DNA of 64,000 nucleotides from Steroidobacteraceae bacterium (GTDB taxonomy: Bacteria > Pseudomonadota > Gammaproteobacteria > Steroidobacterales > Steroidobacteraceae), in NCBI GenBank assembly GCA_036271535.1, contig DATBAM010000022.1:3784-67783 (forward strand), read 5' to 3'. The translations under genes and the position numbers were made by a program. This document shows positions 9,247 through 20,424 of the stretch, piece by piece. The notes under the pieces were generated by a model. The model had not been told where the DNA came from. It made no database searches and saw only the letters and a program-made list of their open reading frames with translations. Each line of letters opens with the position of its first letter. Position 1 is the stretch's first letter.

Positions 9247-10353
9247 TTATGTGCGATGGGGCCGCCCGAGATAGTTTTGGGTCTGCATTTCAATCAATCG
9301 GCTCACGGTGCGCTGGAATTCGAATTGCAGGCGCTCGCCGCGATATAGGGACTGCGGTTCCGCTGCCGCCGATAGCACCAGTTTGACGCCCTGATCATAG
9401 AATTCGTCGATCAGCGCGATGAAACGTCGCGCCGCGTTGTCCTGCGCGGGATCATCGAACCGCGGCACGTCCGATAGCAGAACGCTGTGAAATTCATGCG
9501 CCAGTTCCACATAGTCGTTCTGGCTGCGTGGACCCTCACACAGCGTGGCGAAGTCGAACCAGACCACGTCTGCGCGACGTCGCCTGGCTGGCACGATGCG
9601 TCCGCACACTTCGAGTCGGGTGCCATCCTCGCCCTGTTCGGGCGAAAGATCCTCGAACAGCTGTTCGAGCTGCACAGCGGTGTCGGGGGCGTTGCTGTCC
9701 AGGTAGATAGGCTGGCGTTGCAGCTGACGCAATCGGTAGTCGATACCGTCCTGCATGGCGATGACCTCGAGGCGATCGCGCAGCAGCGCAATCGCAGGCA
9801 GGAAGCGGCTGCGTTGCAGGCCGTCCCGATATAGATCCTCCGGTGGCACGTTCGATGTGATCACCAGCAGCACACCGTGTTCGAGCAGCGCCGCAAACAG
9901 GCCGCCCAGCAGCATCGCATCGGCGATATCGCTGACGAACAGCTCGTCGAGGCACAGCACGCGCACGTCGCGCGCCAGCGCGCGGGCCAGCGGCTCGAGC
10001 GGGTCACTGTGACCGGCGAGCTGTCGCAGCTGCGCGTGTATGTCGCGCATGAAATGATGGAAGTGCGTGCGGCGCCGGCCGGCGATCGGCAGGCTGGCAT
10101 AGAAGAGATCCATCAACCACGTCTTACCGCGGCCGACACCGCCCCAGAGATAGACGCCGCGCGAGTGTTCGTCGGACGATCGCCGGATACGCATCAATTG
10201 CTTCACGCGCGCCGCAAGGCCCGTCTGATCGTCTTCGATCAGACGCCGGCGCAGGTCTTCCAGCCGTGCGACCACGGCACGCTGTGCATCATCCGGCACG
10301 TAGCCACGCGCGCCCAGCTCGCGCAGGTAGCGCTCTGACAGCGATTCGTTCAT
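9247..10353 (-). CDS. zapE: Cell division protein ZapE (AFG1-like ATPase)
   Basis: Walker A in the typical context (LWGGVGRGKTWLMDLFY); 368 aa. Confidence 0.88.
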   Translation of the reverse strand: MNESLSERYLRELGARGYVPDDAQRAVVARLEDLRRRLIEDDQTGLAARVKQLMRIRRSSDEHSRGVYLWGGVGRGKTWLMDLFYASLPIAGRRRTHFHHFMRDIHAQLRQLAGHSDPLEPLARALARDVRVLCLDELFVSDIADAMLLGGLFAALLEHGVLLVITSNVPPEDLYRDGLQRSRFLPAIALLRDRLEVIAMQDGIDYRLRQLQRQPIYLDSNAPDTAVQLEQLFEDLSPEQGEDGTRLEVCGRIVPARRRRADVVWFDFATLCEGPRSQNDYVELAHEFHSVLLSDVPRFDDPAQDNAARRFIALIDEFYDQGVKLVLSAAAEPQSLYRGERLQFEFQRTVSRLIEMQTQNYLGRPHRT

Positions 10354-11144
10354 GCCTGGGCGGATGCCAGATCGGGTTCGTCAACGGCTGCGAGGATGCT
10401 GGCGCGGGCACTATCGCGCAGTCGCGTCGCTACATCGGCGTCAGCGGCCGCATCGGCGGCGGTGGCGGGGAGCAGCGGCAGGATCTCGACTTCGATAGGG
10501 CCGGGATTGGGCCATAGGCTGGCGGCCGGCAGGCAGTGACGCGTGCCGCGGATGGCCACCGGCACGACCGGCAGACGGGCACGGGCCGCGGCGGCGAACG
10601 CTCCAATGTGAAAGCGCAGCAGTCCTACTTCCTCGCCGAAAGTACCCTCCGGGAAGAAGGCCATGGCCTGGCCGCTGGCAGCGCTGCGCAGCAATCGGCG
10701 CGTATCGCGTGCGACGGCCTTGCGGTCGATCCGTTCGACGAATTCGGAGCCGATCAGTCGCAGCAAGGCGCCCGCGAGCGGGAAGCCGGCCATTTCGCGC
10801 TTGATTACAAAGCTGAAGCTTGGCGGCAGGGCCGCGGTGAGTACGACACCGTCGATGTAACTGCAATGATTGGCGACCAGAATGCACGGAGTTGTGAGGT
10901 TCTGAAGACCCGACAGGCGAATGCGCATGCCCGCCAACCGCAAGGTGACGCGCGCGAGCAGCCGCACGAATCGCCGCCGCCGCGCAAGGCCGGGTGTCAG
11001 CAGCAGCACCAGCAGCCCGAACATCGCCGCGAGCGTGAACTCCAGCCAGGCATAAATGCCAAAAATCGCGCGCAAAAGTCCGGGTCTCGCCGCGGATCGC
11101 ACTGCGGAGGTCGCGGCGCGGGAGCCGCAGTTCGCATTCCTCAT
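10350..11144 (-). CDS. 1-acyl-sn-glycerol-3-phosphate acyltransferase family (PlsC-like) protein
   Basis: HX4D motif (NHCSYID) and FPEGT motif, with an N-terminal TM segment. Its stop overlaps the zapE start by 4 nt. Confidence 0.8.
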   Translation of the reverse strand: MRNANCGSRAATSAVRSAARPGLLRAIFGIYAWLEFTLAAMFGLLVLLLTPGLARRRRFVRLLARVTLRLAGMRIRLSGLQNLTTPCILVANHCSYIDGVVLTAALPPSFSFVIKREMAGFPLAGALLRLIGSEFVERIDRKAVARDTRRLLRSAASGQAMAFFPEGTFGEEVGLLRFHIGAFAAAARARLPVVPVAIRGTRHCLPAASLWPNPGPIEVEILPLLPATAADAAADADVATRLRDSARASILAAVDEPDLASAQA

Positions 11145-11271
11145 GGTCTCGTGTGTGATGCAGTTCTCTTTATGTTAACGGTCCTCCGCGGCTGTGAGGA
11201 CAATCACACCGGATGGCGGCCCGGCGTCAGCATACTTCGATGGCCGGATGAAACGACACTAGGGCATAGCA

Positions 11272-12204
11272 TTGACACAGCAGGCTACAGCGACAGTGGA
11301 GAAGGCCACAACCGACACGACAGATCCCCTCATCTCGCGTTTTCTCGACGCGGTCTGGATGGAGCGGGGTCTGTCATCGAACACGTTGGCCGCCTATCGG
11401 GCCGACCTGGTGGCACTGAACCGTTGGTTGAACGAACGTCCCATCGCAATGGCGCAGTGCGGGCGCGGCGAGCTGATGGATTTCATCGCTGCACGGGTAA
11501 AGGGCGGTTCTCGACCGCGCTCTACCGCTCGGCAGCTGAGTTCCTTCCGCCGCTTCTTCCGCTGGATGGTGCGTGAAGGCATCGTCAAGGACGATCCTAC
11601 CGCGCAGATTGCGATGCCGAAGATCGGCCGTTCGCTGCCGCGCTCGCTGAGCGAGGCAGAGGTCGAATCGCTGCTGAATGCGCCAGCCGTAGCAGATCCA
11701 CTGGGCTATCGTGACCGCACGATGCTCGAAGTGCTCTATGCCACGGGGTTGCGCGTATCCGAACTCGTGAGCCTCAAGCTCGGGCAGATCAATTCCAATC
11801 AGGGCGTCGTTCGCGTGCTGGGCAAGGGCAACCGCGAGCGCCTGATTCCGCTGGGCGAAGAAGCCGTGCGCTGGATCAAGGCATTCATGAACGGCGCTCG
11901 CAATGACATCCTTCTCGATCGCAGTACCGATTACCTGTTTCCGACGCGCCGCGGCGACCGCATGACGCGTCAGGCGTTCTGGCACATCATCAAACGCTAT
12001 GCGCGCAAAGCGGGCGTCGATCGTGATCTGTCGCCGCACACGCTGCGACATGCATTCGCGACGCACCTGCTGAACCACGGTGCCGATCTGCGCGTGGTGC
12101 AGATGCTGCTGGGTCACAGTGATCTGTCGACCACGCAGATTTACACGCACGTTGCCCGCGAGCGATTGAAGGAACTGCACTCGCAACATCATCCGCGCGG
12201 CTGA
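11272..12204 (+). CDS. xerD: Site-specific tyrosine recombinase XerD
   Basis: Full-length XerD-like sequence (...HTLRHAFATHLLNHGADLRVVQMLLGHSDLSTTQIYTHV) with conserved xerD-dsbC synteny. TTG start as in the track. Confidence 0.9.
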   Translation: MTQQATATVEKATTDTTDPLISRFLDAVWMERGLSSNTLAAYRADLVALNRWLNERPIAMAQCGRGELMDFIAARVKGGSRPRSTARQLSSFRRFFRWMVREGIVKDDPTAQIAMPKIGRSLPRSLSEAEVESLLNAPAVADPLGYRDRTMLEVLYATGLRVSELVSLKLGQINSNQGVVRVLGKGNRERLIPLGEEAVRWIKAFMNGARNDILLDRSTDYLFPTRRGDRMTRQAFWHIIKRYARKAGVDRDLSPHTLRHAFATHLLNHGADLRVVQMLLGHSDLSTTQIYTHVARERLKELHSQHHPRG

Positions 12205-12229
12205 CCTGCCGCACGGTGCCGACCGAGGT

Positions 12230-13132
12230 ATGCTAGCGGCCATGAAAGGGTCCGCCTCAGTGTTCTCGGTCGTCGTGCTGCTGGCTGCCGCCGGCCCGGC
12301 ACTCGCCGCGTCGAAACAACTTTCCGCCACCGATGCGTCCGCTGCGTCCGCGGGGTCAACTGCGTCCCCGTTGCCAGCGGCGTCCCCGGTGCCAGCAGGG
12401 TCCCCGGTGACAGCGGCGTCCGCTGCGGCTCCTGCTTCCGGGGCGAGCACGCCAACCGAAGAAAAGTCGCCGCCGGTATCTCCCGAGATCCTGCGCGGCA
12501 TTGCCGCCCTCGCGGGAGGCGGCATCAAGCCGGAAGACGTACGCCCGACGCCCGTGCCCGGCATATTCGAGCTGCGGCGCGGTGCCGATATCATCTATAT
12601 GAGCCAGGACGGGAGGTATGTCTTCACCGGCAGCCTGTATCGCGTCGAAGGCCGCGCCAATTTGACAGAAGCTCACAAATCCGAGCTGCGCAAGAAGCTG
12701 ATCGACGCGGTGCCGGAGAGTGACATGGTGGTGTTTGCGCCGCCGTCGCCAAAATACATGGTCACCGTCTTCACCGACGTCGACTGTCCCTACTGCCAGG
12801 CTTTCCACAAGCAGATCGCGGATTACAATCGCCTTGGAATCAAGGTGCGCTACGTGTTCTTCCCACGTAGCGGCCCCAATACGCCGTCCTGGCACAAAGC
12901 GGAACAGGTCTGGTGTTCGACGGATCGCAAGGCCGCGCTGACCGATTCCAAGCTGGGGAAGCCGTTGCAGGCCAAGGTATGCCCCAATACGCCGGTCGGG
13001 CTGGAATATCAGCTCGGCAAGGATATCGGCCTGGAAGGTACCCCGGGTGTGGTCGCATCCGACGGCACGGTGATCGGAGGCTATTTGCCGCCCGATCAGC
13101 TGCTGGATGAACTCAAGCAGCTCGGTCAGTAG
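12230..13132 (+). CDS. dsbC: Thiol:disulfide interchange protein DsbC with extended low-complexity linker
   Basis: A signal peptide is followed by an Ala/Ser/Pro-rich stretch, the dimerisation region and a thioredoxin fold with CPYC (VFTDVDCPYCQAFH). Confidence 0.88.
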   Translation: MLAAMKGSASVFSVVVLLAAAGPALAASKQLSATDASAASAGSTASPLPAASPVPAGSPVTAASAAAPASGASTPTEEKSPPVSPEILRGIAALAGGGIKPEDVRPTPVPGIFELRRGADIIYMSQDGRYVFTGSLYRVEGRANLTEAHKSELRKKLIDAVPESDMVVFAPPSPKYMVTVFTDVDCPYCQAFHKQIADYNRLGIKVRYVFFPRSGPNTPSWHKAEQVWCSTDRKAALTDSKLGKPLQAKVCPNTPVGLEYQLGKDIGLEGTPGVVASDGTVIGGYLPPDQLLDELKQLGQ

Positions 13133-13138
13133 GCGGCG

Positions 13139-13462
13139 TCAGCGCTCGAGCAGCTTGCGCTTGTCCGGCTTGCCTTCCCAGTCCTTGGCATCCGCCGGCG
13201 CTTCGCCTTTTTCGGTGATAACCGGCCATTCCTTGGACAGGTCGGCGTTGAGCTGCTTGAAACTCTCCTGACCGGCAGGGAGTTCCTCCTCCGAGAAGAT
13301 GGCTTCGACTGGGCATTCCGGCTCGCACAGCGTGCAATCGATGCATTCGTCCGGATCGATGACGAGGAAGTTGGGGCCTACGTGGAAGCAATCGACCGGG
13401 CAGACCTCCACACAGTCCATGTACTTGCACTTGATGCAGTTTTCCGTGACGACGAAGGTCAT
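13139..13462 (-). CDS. fdxA: 7Fe ([3Fe-4S][4Fe-4S]) ferredoxin
   Basis: [26 protein letters not shown]...[12 protein letters not shown] pattern; 107 aa. Confidence 0.92.
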   Translation of the reverse strand: MTFVVTENCIKCKYMDCVEVCPVDCFHVGPNFLVIDPDECIDCTLCEPECPVEAIFSEEELPAGQESFKQLNADLSKEWPVITEKGEAPADAKDWEGKPDKRKLLER

Positions 13463-13552
13463 TGCTACTTCCGGTGATCGCGTAGCCGGCTATTGTGCCA
13501 AAGCAGGGCCGGCTCGTCAGCAATCGATCGGGTAATACCTTATTGCAATGAG

Positions 13553-14092
13553 CTATTTCAACGAGCGGTTGATATCGCTGAAATGCAACGTCTCGGTGCC
13601 ACGGCGACGGTCGTCGAGGTAGCTGCGAAGCGCGAACTCGATGCTGGGGAACGCGATCTGCTGCCACGGAATGGCGGCCTCGTCGTACAGACCGACCTGC
13701 AGACTCTCCGATCCGGCACCGAAGCTGCCGTCCAGCATGCGGCCGCGAAAGTTGACGTGTACCTGATGCGCGTGCAGAACGTGTGTGATGGACAGGAGCG
13801 AGCCGATCTCGACCCGTGCCTGCGCCTCCTCGAACGATTCGCGCGCCGCGGCTCCCTGCAGCGTCTCGCCGTTCTCCATGAAGCCCGCCGGGGTGGTCCA
13901 GTAGCCGCGACGCGGCTCGATGGCGCGCTGACACAGGAGAATACGGCCCTCCCATTCCGGCACGCATCCGACCACCAGGCGCGGATTGTCGTAGTGGATG
14001 CTGCCGCACGCGGTGCAGACTGCGCGCGGAAGGTTGTCGCCGGGTGGGATACGCATCTCCACCGGCTGGCCGCATGAGGGACAGAATTTCAT
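13553..14092 (-). CDS. NUDIX hydrolase with N-terminal zinc-ribbon
   Basis: CPSCG...CTACG zinc ribbon and Nudix box GFMENGETLQGAAARESFEEAQA. Confidence 0.85.
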   Translation of the reverse strand: MKFCPSCGQPVEMRIPPGDNLPRAVCTACGSIHYDNPRLVVGCVPEWEGRILLCQRAIEPRRGYWTTPAGFMENGETLQGAAARESFEEAQARVEIGSLLSITHVLHAHQVHVNFRGRMLDGSFGAGSESLQVGLYDEAAIPWQQIAFPSIEFALRSYLDDRRRGTETLHFSDINRSLK

Positions 14093-14155
14093 AGAGGTTT
14101 GCGGTATCGTACCCGTTCACGCGTGCATTGCCATGCGGTCTGTCCATACTTCGAT

Positions 14156-14240
14156 GGCCTCGTGGCGGAACTGGTAGACGCAGTCGACTCAAAATCGACC
14201 GGGCTTGCCCATCTCGGTTCGACTCCGAGCGAGGCCACCA
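14156..14240 (+). tRNA. tRNA-Leu (anticodon CAA), class II, CCA encoded
   Basis: Hand-folded. Acceptor GGCCTCG/CGAGGCC. Anticodon stem GTCGA/TCGAC with loop CTCAAAA. Long variable arm. T arm CTCGG-TTCGACT-CCGAG. Discriminator A plus CCA. Confidence 0.9.
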
Positions 14241-14248
14241 CCGCCACT

Positions 14249-16422
<2,174 letters not shown>

Positions 16423-16491
16423 TGCCGCCCCTTTTGACGCTGGCCTCCTTCCAGGCCGGCGCGGTTCGATGACGTATTCAATGAGGCAAGC

Positions 16492-16827
16492 ATGAGTTCA
16501 TTGGTCAGCAGCGCCTATGCCCAGGCTCCCGGCGGCGGTGCACTGGGTGGCGGTCCCATGGGCACCTTCGTGCTCATGGCAGTGTTCGTGGGCGTGTTCT
16601 ATTTCCTGCTCATTCGCCCGCAACAGAAGCGCATGAAGGACACCCAGGCGATGCTGTCGCGCCTCGCCTCCGGCGACGAAGCGGTCACGACCGGCGGCAT
16701 CCTGGGCCGTATCACCGAGGTCAACGATACCTTCGTCACCCTCGAAATCGCCGATGGCGTGCGGATCAAGGTGCAAAAAAGCCAGATCTCACAGCTGATG
16801 CCGAAAGGCACGCTCAAGAGCGCCTGA
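16492..16827 (+). CDS. yajC: Preprotein translocase subunit YajC
   Basis: 111 aa with LLIRPQQKRMK... and GGILGRITEV motifs; canonical position before secD. Confidence 0.92.
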   Translation: MSSLVSSAYAQAPGGGALGGGPMGTFVLMAVFVGVFYFLLIRPQQKRMKDTQAMLSRLASGDEAVTTGGILGRITEVNDTFVTLEIADGVRIKVQKSQISQLMPKGTLKSA

Positions 16828-16852
16828 AGACATCACTGCAAGGTCTGGTTCG

Positions 16853-18754
16853 ATGCTCGAATTTGCGCGTTGGAAGTATGGGCTGGTGGTGCTGGTCATC
16901 CTGATCGGCCTGTTGTTCGCATTGCCGAATGTGTTCGGTCAGGATCTGGCCCTGCAGGTCGAGCGCAAGAATCGCGCGCCGATGGATGACGCCGCGCGCC
17001 AGTCGATCGAGGAACTGCTGGCCAAGCAGCAGGTCACGATCAAGCGCGACTACCTCGACAGCGGCCGCCTGGTGCTGGCGTTCAACGACGTCGCCTCCCA
17101 GCTCAAGGCTCGCGATACCGTCGAGGCGACGATGTCGGACGTCGACCGGTCGGCGCTGGCCTATGCCTCGCGCGCGCCTGCCTGGATGCGCAAGCTCGGC
17201 CTGAAGGCGATGCCGCTGGGACTGGATCTGCGCGGTGGCCTGTATCTGCTGTACCAGGTCGATCTCAATGGCGCCGTCTCGCAGCTGCTCGACAGCTACG
17301 AGCAGAGCTTCCGCCACGCATTGAGCGAAGCCAAGCTGCCGTTCACGGACATCACGCAGCTGAATTCCGGCGCCAGCAACCGCTCGAGTGTCATCGGCAA
17401 TGACGGCCTGCTGGTGACGTTACCGGCCGGCACGGATGTCGCTGCGGTCGAGGCCGCGCTGAAGAAGGTCGACAACAGCCTCCTGTTCAGCACCGATCAG
17501 GGCGCCAGCGGCTCCGGCAATGGTCCAAGTGTGCGCATGACCCTGACCCCGGCGCAGTTGAAGGCCCGGGAGGAATACGCACTCGAGCAGAACCGCACCA
17601 CGCTGACGAATCGCGTCAACGAACTCGGCGTCTCCGAACCCATCGTGCAGCGCCAGGGTCTCGACCGGATCAACGTGCAGCTGCCGGGCGTGCAAAACTC
17701 GGCCGAGGTGAAGGATCTGCTGGGCAAGGTGGCAACGCTCGAGATGCGGCTGGTCGATACGCAGAACAATCCGCTGCAGGCCCAGGAGAGCGGCCATGCG
17801 CCGCTCGGCAGCAAACTGTACAAGCGCGAGGATGGCTCGCCGATCCTGCTGAAGCGCGAGGTCATCGTCACCGGCGATGAACTGACCAGCGCCACCGCGA
17901 CCGCAGGCCAGGACGGTCCGGAAGTATCGATCAAGCTGGATGCACGCGGCGCCGATTCGATGTTCCGTACCACCCGGTTGAACGTCGGCAAGCCGATGGC
18001 CGTGGTCTATATCGAAAAGACCCGGCGCCAGGTCGAGATCAATGGCCAGAAGGTCGATCGCGATACCACCAGCGAGAAGGTCATCAACGTCGCGACCATT
18101 CGCGGCGTATTTGGCCCCCAGTTCGCGGTCAGCGGCCTGGGTCAGGGCGAGGCGCACGACCTGTCGCTGCTGCTGCGCTCGGGCTCACTCGCCGCGCCGA
18201 TCACCGTCGTCGAGGAACGGGCCATCGGACCGAGCCTCGGTGCGGACAACATCCAGAAGGGCGTGCACGCGCTGGAAATCGGCATGCTGGCGGTATTCGT
18301 GTTCATGGCGCTCTACTACCATGCCTTCGGGCTGGTGGCGGACGCGGTGCTGCTGGCGAACGTGATCCTGCTGACGGCACTGTTATCGCTGCTGCATGCC
18401 TCACTGTCGCTGCCGGGTATTGCCGGCATCATCCTCACGGTCGGTATCGCGGTCGATGCCAACGTGCTGATCTACGAGCGCATCCGCGAGGAACTGCGCA
18501 ACGGTGTGTCGCCGCAGGCCGCGATACGGGCGGGATTCGACAAAGCCTTCTCCGCCATCGCCGACTCGAACGTCACGGCCCTGATCGCGGGCCTGGCGCT
18601 GTGGGTCATCGGTAGTGGTCCGATCCGTGGTTTCGCCATCGTGCTGACCCTGGGGATCGCGACTTCGATGTTCACATCGCTGCTGGGTAGTCGCGCATTG
18701 ATCACGCTGATGTATGGCGGCCGCCGCAAGGTGGCCAAACTCTCGATCGGGTAG
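16853..18754 (+). CDS. secD: Protein translocase subunit SecD
   Basis: 633 aa with a large periplasmic domain and C-terminal TM bundle (GIAGIILTVGIAVDANVLIYERIREE). Confidence 0.95.
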   Translation: MLEFARWKYGLVVLVILIGLLFALPNVFGQDLALQVERKNRAPMDDAARQSIEELLAKQQVTIKRDYLDSGRLVLAFNDVASQLKARDTVEATMSDVDRSALAYASRAPAWMRKLGLKAMPLGLDLRGGLYLLYQVDLNGAVSQLLDSYEQSFRHALSEAKLPFTDITQLNSGASNRSSVIGNDGLLVTLPAGTDVAAVEAALKKVDNSLLFSTDQGASGSGNGPSVRMTLTPAQLKAREEYALEQNRTTLTNRVNELGVSEPIVQRQGLDRINVQLPGVQNSAEVKDLLGKVATLEMRLVDTQNNPLQAQESGHAPLGSKLYKREDGSPILLKREVIVTGDELTSATATAGQDGPEVSIKLDARGADSMFRTTRLNVGKPMAVVYIEKTRRQVEINGQKVDRDTTSEKVINVATIRGVFGPQFAVSGLGQGEAHDLSLLLRSGSLAAPITVVEERAIGPSLGADNIQKGVHALEIGMLAVFVFMALYYHAFGLVADAVLLANVILLTALLSLLHASLSLPGIAGIILTVGIAVDANVLIYERIREELRNGVSPQAAIRAGFDKAFSAIADSNVTALIAGLALWVIGSGPIRGFAIVLTLGIATSMFTSLLGSRALITLMYGGRRKVAKLSIG

Positions 18755-18761
18755 AACAACT

Positions 18762-19694
18762 GTGGAATTCTTTCATCGCGCGACCAGCTTCCCATTCATG
18801 TCCACACGCAGGGTGTGGTACGCATTGTCATTGGCGCTGGTGCTGATATCGATCGGCTCACTCTTCGTCCGCGGCCTCAACCTGGGTGTGGACTTCACCG
18901 GCGGCGTCACGGTGCAGGCGACCTTCACCGGTAACGCGGATCGTAACGCGGTGGTCAAGGCGCTGCAGGTCAATGGTTACGGCGATCCCCAGGTGACGAT
19001 ATTCGGCAGTGCCCGCGACATTGCCATCCGCCTGCCGCCTACCAAAGAGAGTACCGAGGCCGTTCGCACCCGGATTGAGCAGACGCTCAGACAGGTCGAT
19101 ACCGGCGTGCAGATCCAGCAGGTCGAGGTGATCGGCCCGCAGGTGGGCGGCGAGCTGCTGCGCAGCGCCTGGGAAGCGCTGGCGGCGACATTGATCCTGA
19201 TCGCGATGTATATCGCGCTGCGCTTCAATACCTGGCGGTTGTCGGTCGGTGCCATCCTCGCGGTCCTGCACGATCCGATCCTGGTGTTCGGCGTCTTCTC
19301 GCTGAGTCGCACGCCGTTCGATCTGACCGTGGTCGCGGCGATGCTGGCGGTGATCGGCTACTCGCTGAACGACACGGTGGTGGTGTTCGATCGCATCCGC
19401 GAGCGATTCCACGTGGCCCGCAAGCTCGAGCCGATCACGGTGCTCGATCAGTCGATCAACCAGACGCTGTCGCGAACGATCATGACCAAGGTGGTGACAC
19501 TGATCGTCGTGGTGGCGCTCTATGTGCTCGGTGGCCCGGTACTCAAGGGTTTCTCCGAGGCCCTGATCATCGGCATCCTGGCCGGCACCTATTCCTCTAT
19601 CTATATCTCGAGCGCGATCGCCTTGGATTGCGGGCTGCGGTCGGAGCATCTGCTGCCGAGCGCGGTGAAGAAACCCATCGACGATCTGCCATAG
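18762..19694 (+). CDS. secF: Protein translocase subunit SecF
   Basis: The GTG at 18762 (VEFFHRATSFPFMS...) matches the usual SecF N-terminus and follows the secD stop; GVDFTGG motif present. The track start at 18714 would overlap secD. Confidence 0.9.
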   Translation: MEFFHRATSFPFMSTRRVWYALSLALVLISIGSLFVRGLNLGVDFTGGVTVQATFTGNADRNAVVKALQVNGYGDPQVTIFGSARDIAIRLPPTKESTEAVRTRIEQTLRQVDTGVQIQQVEVIGPQVGGELLRSAWEALAATLILIAMYIALRFNTWRLSVGAILAVLHDPILVFGVFSLSRTPFDLTVVAAMLAVIGYSLNDTVVVFDRIRERFHVARKLEPITVLDQSINQTLSRTIMTKVVTLIVVVALYVLGGPVLKGFSEALIIGILAGTYSSIYISSAIALDCGLRSEHLLPSAVKKPIDDLP

Positions 19695-19719
19695 ACGGCT
19701 CGGAAAAAAAGCGATCGAG

Positions 19720-20424
19720 ATGACGCTGTTCGCATCGCCGCAGGACTGGATAGCGCTGGCGGTGCTGACGTTGCTCGAGACGGTGCTCGGCATCGACAAC
19801 GTCATTTTCCTGACCATACTCGTGTCCCGTCTGCCGCTGGCGCAGCAGCCGCGCGCACGGACCGTCGGATTGTCACTGGCCATGCTGACCCGGCTCGCGC
19901 TGCTGTTCTGCGTGGTGTGGCTGGCCCGGCTGACGGCGCCGTTGTTCGCCGTCTACGGTCAGCAGTTTTCCGGACGCGACCTGATCGTGGGCGCCGGCGG
20001 ATTGTTCCTGCTCGCGAAGAGTGTCCTCGAGATACACAAGACCGTGGCAGAGGCCGAAGCGCCGCGTGCGGCCCACGTGCTGGGCACCTTCGTCGGCGTG
20101 GTTACGCAGATCGCGCTGCTGGATATCGTGTTCTCGCTCGACTCCGTGTTCACCGCGGTAGGTCTGGCGAAACCCGAGCAGGCGCCGATCATGGCAATCG
20201 CGATCGTGCTGTCGATCGTCGTCATGATGTGGCTGTCAGGCCCGATCGCAGCGTTCGTGGCCCGCTATCCGAGCATGAAGATCCTGGCGCTGGCGTTCCT
20301 GGTCCTGATCGGCGTGGCGCTGCTGGCCGAAGCGTTCGATTTCGAGGTGCCGAAGGGCTACCTGTATTTCGCGATGGCGTTCGCGTTCGTCGTCGAGCTA
20401 GTGAACATCCGCATCCGACGTTAG
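19720..20424 (+). CDS. TerC-family integral membrane protein
   Basis: LLETVLGIDNVIFLTILVSRLP and the second LDSVF repeat are typical of TerC/YoaE-type proteins. Confidence 0.85.
   Translation: MTLFASPQDWIALAVLTLLETVLGIDNVIFLTILVSRLPLAQQPRARTVGLSLAMLTRLALLFCVVWLARLTAPLFAVYGQQFSGRDLIVGAGGLFLLAKSVLEIHKTVAEAEAPRAAHVLGTFVGVVTQIALLDIVFSLDSVFTAVGLAKPEQAPIMAIAIVLSIVVMMWLSGPIAAFVARYPSMKILALAFLVLIGVALLAEAFDFEVPKGYLYFAMAFAFVVELVNIRIRR

Noticed and set aside
11231-11245. Exact 15-nt repeat CATACTTCGATGGCC, also at 14145-14159 where it spans the tRNA-Leu 5' end
   Set aside because: Flanking bases differ on both sides. Comparing a 64-kb window against itself on both strands gives on the order of 4e9 position pairs against about 1e9 possible 15-mers, so a few such matches are expected by chance.
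11272-12204. Tyrosine recombinase as a possible integrase or mobile-element marker
   Set aside because: Full-length XerD similarity and the conserved xerD-dsbC pairing indicate the housekeeping chromosome-dimer resolvase. No att-like repeats or phage genes lie nearby. The TTTATGTTAAC stretch at about 11176-11186 does not match a dif consensus.
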